Below the pieces are notes generated by a model. The model was not told the origin of the DNA, searched no databases, and was given only the letters and a program-made list of their open reading frames with translations. Positions 1 through 7,398 of a stretch of DNA of 9,620 bases are shown here, one piece after another. Made by a program: the position numbers and the translations under genes. Position 1 is the stretch's first letter; every line of letters starts with the position of its first letter. Location: the sequence record OY723363.1. One strand, given 5' to 3'.

Positions 1-177
1 TATCTGGTGACTACTGGATACTCCCTAATGGCCATAATGGCTCTTAGAGGATATGGGGATACTCCCCGTAGGCCTCTCGGTAGCCTGGATGTGCAGAGAG
101 GGTATTCCCTGTGGAGGTGGTCTCCTCAGGTATCCCGTATGCCATATCCGTCATTAGATGTGTATACCTACTCATTT
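1..177. repeat. Partial satellite-family monomer (the window starts inside it) whose interior is conserved module copy A
   Basis: 1-26 matches 4567-4592 with one mismatch. 153-174 is the canonical monomer tail ATTAGATGTGTATACCTACTCA. The interior 27-152 is the module rather than the canonical 117-bp interior. Confidence 0.85.
26..157. repeat. Conserved ~130-bp module, copy A (candidate structured RNA / small dispersed element)
   Basis: Begins TAATGGCCATAATGGCTC and ends GTCATTAG. The core 49-149 runs from GGATATGG to CCATATCC. It aligns with the other copies listed below. Confidence 0.8.
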
Positions 178-1039
178 CATGTCATCAAATGCATGCAATC
201 ACATGATGATACTGCTCATGAGTACCTACCCGTAGTAGTATACATGTGGTATCCATGGTATACATGGTACTCGTAGTGTATGCTGTTAGGCTATGATATA
301 GGGGTATCCCGTACCCCTCATATCCTCCGTGCATACTACTAGTATCCTGTGTATCACTAGATACTGTATATGATCATACGTGCAAACCATGTGTTCAGAT
401 GTCTCGGAACATGTGTTTTGGTGTCATGACATACACATTCTATACTACTAATGAGTACCTGTACATGGTATGTGCTGTAAGGGATACTAGTGGATATGGT
501 GCATACCTCTAATGGGGCATATGCTGCCATTAGGGATACCCCCAATACCTGTAGTACTCTGTATAGCTCATTACACCATGATATGCAATAGTAGTGGATT
601 CGCTCATCTCGACTAGATCATGTCACGAAATGACATGTTTTGGGAGGTGTGCCGATACCCACTAGTAACACAGATACTGTATGGTATGCAGGTATCCCCA
701 TTCCCTCGATAAAGAGGCATCAGGGGATATGCACATGCCACCAGTACACTAAGGGATCCAAGGGGTGCCAAAAGGGGTCCAAAAGTGCTCATTTTAGGGG
801 GTACCCGTAAATGGCATAATTGCCCCGATTTCGCGTACTCATATTCCTAAGGTCACTGTAAGGAATATGGTCTCCGGCGATGGCATTCCCATTGTGTGCA
901 TCCGGAAAGGGCATAAAATGACCCATTTTAGGCACTTTTGGGCCTTTTGGGGTCGCGAAAGTGCACATTAAGACCCCTAATGTCTCCAAAAGGGTCCAAA
1001 ATGATGCATTCGTTTTCTGCCTGACTCGGATCCGCCCTT

Positions 1040-1057
1040 CGCGCGCGCGCGCGTGTG
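1040..1057. repeat. (CG)7(TG)2 alternating purine-pyrimidine microsatellite
   Basis: Read directly from the sequence: CGCGCGCGCGCGCGTGTG. Confidence 0.95.
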
Positions 1058-1370
1058 TTACTATACACTAAGGGCACACAATTTAGGGGTTCCGAGCACC
1101 TCCAGACCCCCAATCCGACACCCTCTGGGATACCCTATCTGAGGGGTACGGGCCCGAATCCCTTAGGAGCACCTTAGGGATGGTATTGGGGAGGGGTCTG
1201 GGAGCACCCAGAAAGGGTCCCAAAACGAGTGATTTAGGGTCCAAAACACCCATTTTGGGAGGTCTCGGGATACCTCAGATACCCCATTTCTGGAGGTCTT
1301 GGGTCCTCAGATCATGGCATCCGTGTCCTCAGATACCTAATACCTATGGTCTGCGAGTCCTTAGTACCTA

Positions 1371-1454
1371 TCTGCATGGTCTGTATGCCCGTATCCTCTG
1401 TGCCATGTCCTCTGTGCATGTCCTCAGTACCTCTCTGCGAGTCCTTAGTACCTA
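1371..1454. repeat. 84-bp segment present only in large copy 1, bounded by a 20-bp direct repeat
   Basis: CTGCGAGTCCTTAGTACCTA occurs at 1351-1370 and 1435-1454. Copy 2 has a single CTGCGAGTCCTTAGTACCTA at 5916-5935. Confidence 0.9.
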
Positions 1455-1460
1455 ATGCCT

Positions 1461-1496
1461 ATACCTATCTGCATACCTATCTGCATACCTATCTGC
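1461..1496. repeat. Perfect tandem repeat, 12-mer ATACCTATCTGC x3
   Basis: Read directly: units at 1461-1472, 1473-1484 and 1485-1496. Confidence 0.95.
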
Positions 1497-1889
1497 ACAG
1501 GTCCTCAGATACATCGCGAGCATCCCCGGACCCCATATCTCATGATCTGATGGTCTCCGGATCCGCTCATGGTCTCCAGATCTGCACATCCCCAGACCCC
1601 TAATCCGATACCCACAGCATATGGTCTCATAGTATGTATCTAATGGTGATGGTATCCATAGTGGTCTGTATCCCTACTACACACACCATGGTATGTAGTG
1701 CATATGGTCTGCATGCCCTCATGGTCTCCGGATCCCTGCATCCCTGGATCCCATACCCATGGCATCCCCAGACCCCCGGATCTCATGATTTGAGACCCCA
1801 AATCCATCATTTTGAGACCTCTAAAATCATCATTTTAGACCCCAAAACCATGGATTTCAGGTCCTCAGATATGCTCTCCGGGATGCTCG

Positions 1890-2022
1890 TAATGGTCATA
1901 ATGGCTCTCAGAGGATATGGGGATACTCCCCGTAGGCCTCTCGGTAGCCCAGGATGCACGGAGGGACATTCCCTGTGGAGGTGATCTCCTCAGGTATCCC
2001 GTATGCCATATCCTGTCATTAG
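1890..2022. repeat. Conserved ~130-bp module, copy B
   Basis: The core 1913-2013 is closed by GGATATGG (1913-1920) pairing with CCATATCC (2006-2013). Internal hairpins are AGGGA-CAT-TCCCT (1962-1974) and GGAG-GTGAT-CTCC (1977-1989). Confidence 0.85.
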
Positions 2023-2072
2023 GTACCCATTCCGACCCATTTGGTGTCCCCAAAATCATCACTTTTGGTGAC

Positions 2073-2090
2073 CAAAGGGGTACCCCTTTG
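2073..2090. repeat. Perfect 18-bp palindrome CAAAGGGGTACCCCTTTG
   Basis: The sequence equals its own reverse complement and is centred on GGTACC. Confidence 0.95.
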
Positions 2091-2159
2091 CAACACGTTT
2101 TGGGACCCCCTAAAATGGTCACTTTTGGGACCTCTTTAGGTACCCTTCCCGGCACCCCT

Positions 2160-2304
2160 TAAGGGCCATCCTTCGAGGAATGGCACCATTTAGGGGGTCT
2201 GAAAGGGGGTCAGAAAGGGTGCTAAAAGGGTACATGCATGAGTACTCACACACCATCTTTAAGGGGGTTTCGGGGGTTCTGTATCCCTCGAAGGATCCCC
2301 CTTA
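2160..2304. repeat. 19-bp imperfect inverted repeat (17/19) enclosing 107 bp
   Basis: The left arm is TAAGGGCCATCCTTCGAGG (2160-2178). The reverse complement of the right arm (2286-2304) is TAAGGGGGATCCTTCGAGG. The interior holds three 11-12-bp tandem units, GGGGGTCTGAAA / GGGGGTCAGAAA / GGGTGCTAAAA (2193-2227). Confidence 0.85.
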
Positions 2305-2448
2305 GTATATGGGGTGGTGTTCCCATGTGCAAAAGGGGCTAAAAGAGGTGTTTTCGACCCTTTTTGCATGCCAAAACCACCAAAATCGATGGTTTTGAGC
2401 ACCCCAAATCACTCATTTTGGGGGTTTCGGGCCCTGTCCAATACCCTC

Positions 2449-2546
2449 CATAATGGTCTCTTAGAGGATATGGGGTACTGCATGTAGGCCTCTCGGTAGC
2501 CCAGGATGCACGGAGGGACATTCCCTGTGGAGGTGATCTCCTCAGG
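2449..2546. repeat. Conserved module, copy C (3'-truncated / degenerate)
   Basis: Shares GGATATGGGG and the stretch TAGGCCTCTCGGTAGCCCAGGATGCACGGAGGGACATTCCCTGTGGAGGTGATCTCCTCAGG with copy B. It lacks the GGGGATACTCCCC hairpin and the CCATATCC closing strand. Confidence 0.8.
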
Positions 2547-2609
2547 TTCCATAATGCCCTAGATGTGCTAATCCCGTGCCGATACCTACTCGCAACACAT
2601 GTTTTGGCA

Positions 2610-2918
2610 CCCCTAAAACATGTATTTCGACCCATTTGGGGTCCTCATACCATGGCACCATCCTCTGAGCACATACCATGTATCTAGAGGATGTGGTCTC
2701 CATAGGTATCGTGGGCATATCCCCTACCCTATGATATAGGTACCATGCAGAGCATGTGTACTCCTTATAGCATATGTAGTGATCCCCATGGTGTCTAAGG
2801 GATCTGGTGATGTACTGGATATCACCATAATCATGTAATCTGAGTACATCAAATCATGTGTTTTCATGTCATCAAATGCATGCAATATCATGATATCTGG
2901 TGTCTACTGGATACCCTC
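2610..2918. repeat. Internal ~309-bp direct repeat, copy a
   Basis: Aligns with 3896-4203 (spacing 1,286 bp) with about a dozen differences. The shared core is CCTCATACCATGGCACCATCCTCTGAGCACATACCATGTATCTAGAGGAT... Confidence 0.9.
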
Positions 2919-3690
2919 TATACATCATATAGTACCCAAATACCTGCAAGGGCGGATCCTTATGGTTCCCCTTGTACGGATATGCTGTAGTACTAGTGTT
3001 AGTGGGTACCATAATGAGTACATATTGAGTACTTCATATCATCAAATCATGTGTTTCATGTCATCAAATGCATGCCATTACATGATATCTGGTGATTACT
3101 GGATACTCCCTATATACCATATAGTACTCCATACACCTCTGCATGGTGTAATGGTACCCGTACTCCCCATGTACTGTATACCGTAGGATACATGGTACTA
3201 ATGGTGTGTATGCTGTTGTACTAGTGGTATTAGATGTGTATACCTACTCATAATGAGTACTTCATGTCATCAAAACACATGATTTCATGTCATCAAATCT
3301 ATGCAATTACATGATATTCCGTGTATCTAATGATGTGCTGGATACTCCCTAATGGCCATAATGGCTCCTTAGAGGTATGGGGATACTCCCCGTAGGCCTC
3401 TCGGTAGCCTGGTATGCACAGAGGGACATTCCCTGTGGAGGTGGTCTCCTCAGGTATCCCGTATGCCATATCCTGTCATTAGATGTGTATACCTACTCAT
3501 TTCATGTCATCAAAACACATGATTTCATGTCATCAAATGCATGCCAATACCATGATATCTGGTGTTACAGGGACTCCTCTAGATACCCATAGTACTCCAT
3601 ATACTCCCGTAATGGTGTAATGGTACCCGTAGCCCCCATGTCCTATATACCATAGGATACATGGTCTGCTGGTATGTATCTAGTAGTACT
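2865..3690. repeat. Array of satellite-like monomers (~190-230 bp)
   Basis: CATGTCATCAAA monomer starts occur at 2865, 3057, 3263/3286 and 3503/3526. The monomers share ...ATCTGGTG.CTACTGGATACTCCCT...GTACTAGTGGTATTAGATGTGTATACCTACTCATAATGAGTACTT. Confidence 0.85.
3350..3482. repeat. Conserved ~130-bp module, copy D (inside a satellite monomer)
   Basis: The core is 3374-3473. The 5' closing strand reads GGTATGG (one A missing) and the 3' strand CCATATCC is at 3466-3473. Flanked by GGATACTCCC and ATGTGTATACC, as in copy A. Confidence 0.85.
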
Positions 3691-3895
3691 CGTTGCCTGT
3701 ACCCCTCCGAAAGGGTCTAAATACACCATTTTAGGGGTCCAAAACACCCATTTTAGGGTCCTAAAAGTGCTCATGGGGGTACCCCCACGAGCCCTTTTTA
3801 TGACCATTTCTGGGCTTGATTTGCGGACCCCTTTTGGGGGATTGAATCACCCGTTTTGGTACCTCCAGAAAGGTGCCAAAAGTGGTCATTTTAGA

Positions 3896-4203
3896 CCCCT
3901 AAATCATGTATTTAGACCCTTTTGGGGACCTCATACCATGGCACCATCCTCTGAGCACATACCATGTATCTAGAGGATATGGTCTCCATAGGTATCATGA
4001 GGGATACCCCTACCCTATGATATAGGTACCATGCAGAGCATGTGTACTCCTTATAGCATATGTAGTGATCCCCATGGTCTCTAAGGGATCTGGTGATGTA
4101 CTGGATATCACCATAATCATGTAATCTGAGTACATCAAATCATGTGTTTTCATGTCATCAAATGCATGCAATATCATGATATCTGGTGTTACTGGATACC
4201 CTC
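3896..4203. repeat. Internal ~309-bp direct repeat, copy b
   Basis: See 2610-2918. Confidence 0.9.
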
Positions 4204-4743
4204 ATAGATACATATAGTACTCCATACACCTCTGTAATGGTGGTATGTACCTGTATGCCCCATGTACTGTATACTACTGTATACATGGTACTAATGGTGT
4301 ACATGGTGTAGTACTAGTGGTATTAGATGTGTATGCATACTACTAATGAGTACATGTAGACACCACATGCTCTGCAAGTTGGACCTTCTTCCAGTTCCCT
4401 TGAGGGATATGGGGTCCACTAGTACATGGGGTATATACTGCAGGTATCCCCTATACTGTACATAGTACTAGTAATGGTGTATACTGAGTACTTAGTGTGT
4501 ATGCATACTGTTAATGAGTACATCGAATCATGTGTTTCATGTCATCAAATGCATGCAAGTACATGATATCTGGTGTCTACTGGATACTCCCTATATACCA
4601 TATAGTACTCCATACACCTCTGCATGGTGTAATGGTACCCGTACTCCCCATGTACTGTATACCATAGGATACATGGTACTAATGGTGTGTATGCTGTTGT
4701 ACTAGTGGTATTAGATGTGTATACCTACTCATAATGAGTACTT
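4151..4743. repeat. 593-bp spacer between the two large copies: two satellite-family monomers flanking a degenerate module remnant
   Basis: Monomer starts (CATGTCATCAAATGCATGC) occur at 4151 and 4538. 4402-4451 retains the module ends GAGGGATATGGGG and CAGGTATCCC. This segment has no counterpart after 8630. Confidence 0.8.
4402..4451. repeat. Internally deleted remnant of the conserved module
   Basis: GAGGGATATGGGG (4402-4414) and CAGGTATCCC (4441-4450) match the module's 5' and 3' parts. The middle is replaced by unrelated sequence. Confidence 0.5.
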
Positions 4744-5604
4744 CATGTCATCAAATGCATGCATTTACATGATGATACTGCTCATGAGTACCTACCCGTA
4801 GTAGTATACATGTAGTATCCATGGTATACATAGTACTCGTAGTGTATGCTGTTAGGCTATGATGTAGGGGTATCCCGTACCCCTCATACCATCCGTGCAT
4901 ACTACTAGTATCCTGTATATCACTAGATACTGTATATGATCATACGTGCAAACCATGTGTTCAGATGTCTCGAAACATGTGTTTTGGTGTCATGACATAC
5001 ACATTCTATACTACTAATGAGTACCTGTACATGGTATGTGCTGTAAGGGATACTAGGGGATATGGTGCATACCTCTAATGGGGCATATGCTGCCATTAGG
5101 GATACCCCCAATACCTGTAGTACTCTGTATAGCTCATTACACCATGATATGCAATAGTAGTGGATTCGCTCATCTCGACTAGATCATGTCACGAAATGAC
5201 ATGTTTTGGGAGGTGTGCCGATACCCACTAGTAACACAGATACTGTATGGTATGCAGGTATCCCCATTCCCTCGATAAAGAGGCATCAGGGGATATGCAC
5301 ATGCCACCAGTACACTAAGGGATCCAAGGGGTGCCAAAAGGGGTCCAAAAGTGCTCATTTTAGGGGTACCCGTAAATGGCATAATTGCCCCGATTTCGCG
5401 TACTCATATTCCTAAGGTCACTGTAAGGAATATGGTCTCCGGCGATGGCATTCCCATTGTGTGCATCCGGAAAGGGCATAAAATGACCCATTTTAGGCAC
5501 TTTTGGGCCTTTTGGGGTCGCAAATGTGCACATTAAGACCCCTAATGTCTCCAAAAGGGTCCAAAATGATGCATTCGTTTTCTGCCTGACTCGGATCCGC
5601 CCTT

Positions 5605-5622
5605 CGCGCGCGCGCGCGTGTG
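5605..5622. repeat. (CG)7(TG)2 microsatellite (paralogue)
   Basis: Identical tract at offset 4565. Confidence 0.95.
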
Positions 5623-5941
5623 TTACTATACACTAAGGGCACACAATTTAGGGGTTCCGAGGACCTCCAGACCCCCAATCCGACACCCTCTGGGATACCC
5701 TATCTGAGGGGTACGGGCCCGAATCCCTTAGGAGCACCTTAGGGATGGTATTGGGGAGGGGTCTGGGAGCACCCAGAAAGGGTCCCAAAACGAGTGATTT
5801 AGGGTCCAAAACACCCATTTTGGGAGGTCTCGGGATACCTCAGATACCCCATTTCTGGAGGTCTTGGGTCCTCAGATCATGGCATCCGTGTCCTCAGATA
5901 CCTAATACCTATGGTCTGCGAGTCCTTAGTACCTAATGCCT

Positions 5942-5977
5942 ATACCTATCTGCATACCTATCTGCATACCTATCTGC
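5942..5977. repeat. Perfect tandem repeat, 12-mer x3 (paralogue)
   Basis: Identical at offset 4481. Confidence 0.95.
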
Positions 5978-6370
5978 ACAGGTCCTCAGATACATCGCGA
6001 GCATCCCCGGACCCCATATCTCATGATCTGATGGTCTCCGGATCCGCTCATGGTCTCCAGATCTGCACATCCCCAGACCCCTAATCCGATACCCACAGCA
6101 TATGGTCTCATAGTATGTATCTAATGGTGATGGTATCCATAGTGGTCTGTATCCCTACTACACACACCATGGTATGTAGTGCATATGGTCTGCATGCCCT
6201 CATGGTCTCCGGATCCCTGCATCCCTGGATCCCATACCCATGGCATCCCCAGACCCCCGGATCTCATGATTCCAGACCCCAAATCCATCATTTTGAGACC
6301 TCTAAAATCATCATTTTAGACCCCAAAACCATGGATTTCAGGTCCTCAGATATGCTCTCCGGGATGCTCG

Positions 6371-6503
6371 TAATGGTCATAATGGCTCTCAGAGGATATG
6401 GGGATACTCCCCGTAGGCCTCTCGGTAGCCCAGGATGCACGGAGGGACATTCCCTGTGGAGGTGATCTCCTCAGGTATCCCGTATGCCATATCCTGTCAT
6501 TAG
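6371..6503. repeat. Conserved module, copy B' (paralogue of B in large copy 2)
   Basis: Identical to 1890-2022 at offset 4481. Confidence 0.9.
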
Positions 6504-6553
6504 GTACCCATTCCGACCCATTTGGTGTCCCCAAAATCATCACTTTTGGTGAC

Positions 6554-6571
6554 CAAAGGGGTACCCCTTTG
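6554..6571. repeat. Perfect 18-bp palindrome (paralogue)
   Basis: Identical at offset 4481. Confidence 0.95.
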
Positions 6572-6640
6572 CAACACGTTTTGGGACCCCCTAAAATGGT
6601 CACTTTTGGGACCTCTTTAGGTACCCTTCCCGGCACCCCT

Positions 6641-6784
6641 TAAGGGCCATCCTTCGAGGAATGGCACCATTTAGGGGGTCTGAAAGGGGGTCAGAAAGGG
6701 TGCTAAAAGGGTACATGCATGAGTACTCACACACCATCTTTAAGGGGTTTCGGGGGTTCTGTATCCCTCGAAGGATCCCCCTTA
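6641..6784. repeat. 19-bp imperfect inverted repeat pair (paralogue)
   Basis: Same arms in copy 2. The interior is one G shorter. Confidence 0.85.
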
Positions 6785-6928
6785 GTATATGGGGTGGTGT
6801 TCCCATGTGCAAAAGGGGCTAAAAGAGGTGTTTTCGACCCTTTTTGCATGCCAAAACCACCAAAATCGATGGTTTTGAGCACCCCAAATCACTCATTTTG
6901 GGGGTTTCGGGCCCTGTCCAATACCCTC

Positions 6929-7026
6929 CATAATGGTCTCTTAGAGGATATGGGGTACTGCATGTAGGCCTCTCGGTAGCCCAGGATGCACGGAGGGACA
7001 TTCCCTGTGGAGGTGATCTCCTCAGG
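6929..7026. repeat. Conserved module, copy C' (paralogue of C)
   Basis: Identical to 2449-2546 at offset 4480. Confidence 0.9.
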
Positions 7027-7089
7027 TTCCATAATGCCCTAGATGTGCTAATCCCGTGCCGATACCTACTCGCAACACATGTTTTGGCA

Positions 7090-7398
7090 CCCCTAAAACA
7101 TGTATTTCGACCCATTTGGGGTCCTCATACCATGGCACCATCCTCTGAGCACATACCATGTATCTAGAGGATGTGGTCTCCATAGGTATCGTGGGCATAT
7201 CCCCTACCCTATGATATAGGTACCATGCAGAGCATGTGTACTCCTTATAGCATATGTAGTGATCCCCATGGTGTCTAAGGGATCTGGTGATGTACTGGAT
7301 ATCACCATAATCATGTAATCTGAGTACATCAAATCATATGTTTTCATGTCATCAAATGCATGCAATATCATGATATCTGGTGTCTACTGGATACCCTC
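7090..7398. repeat. Internal ~309-bp direct repeat, copy a' (in large copy 2)
   Basis: Offset 4480 from 2610-2918. Confidence 0.9.

Larger units (their letters stand above)
178..4150. repeat. Large direct repeat, copy 1 (~3.97 kb, no credible ORF)
   Basis: Aligns base-for-base with 4744-8630. The offset is 4566, then 4565, 4481 and 4480 after small indels. Paired ORF-track entries are identical or differ by 1-2 aa. Confidence 0.95.

Noticed and set aside
26-157. Terminal inverted repeats or a target-site duplication that would mark the 130-bp module as a MITE
   Set aside because: The ends (TAATGGCCATAATGGC versus the reverse complement of the 3' end, TAATGACAGGATATGGC) share only TAATG and ATGGC, with gaps. 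I found no consistent duplicated flank among copies A, B and D. The MITE idea is kept only as a weak alternative in the module finding.
793-800. Telomere-type repeats (TTTAGGG or TTTTAGGG at 793-800, 1233-1239 and about 3729-3760; CCCTAAA at about 2108, 2611 and 3897)
   Set aside because: They occur only as isolated heptamers or octamers, in both orientations, inside the ~22-bp degenerate motif. They are never tandemly iterated, so there is no evidence for a telomere or interstitial telomeric array.
951-966. Two copy-specific substitutions (957/5522 and 960/5525) that are both synonymous in the minus-strand ORF 789-989 / 5360-5554
   Set aside because: With only two sites, this is consistent with chance. 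The same changes are non-synonymous in the overlapping ORF 928-1113, and the ORF ends differ between the copies because of a 1-bp indel.
1150-1162. tRNA-like T-arm (GGGCCCGAATCCC)
   Set aside because: The stem is only 3 bp, and the loop is CCCGAAT rather than TTCRANY. I could not build an acceptor stem or anticodon arm from the ~70 nt upstream.
1247-1260. Spliced-leader or Sm-site-like CCATTTTGG strings (reminiscent of part of the dinoflagellate SL, CCGTAGCCATTTTGGCTCAAG)
   Set aside because: Only the 9-nt CCATTTTGG is shared, and the rest of the SL sequence is absent. The string is explained by the A4/T4 hairpin family.
1461-1496. CRISPR array, considering both the tandem 12-mers and the regularly spaced CATGTCATC junctions
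   Set aside because: The 12-mers are contiguous with no spacers. The ~200-bp monomers are homologous along their whole length, rather than being 24-48-bp repeats separated by unique spacers. There are no cas genes, because there are no genes at all.
2311-2321. Kinetoplast minicircle CSB-3-like string (GGGGTGGTGTT versus the universal GGGGTTGGTGTA)
   Set aside because: It is one base short of the motif and has no recognisable CSB-1 or CSB-2 at the expected spacing. The two 4.5-kb copies are not identical concatemer units.
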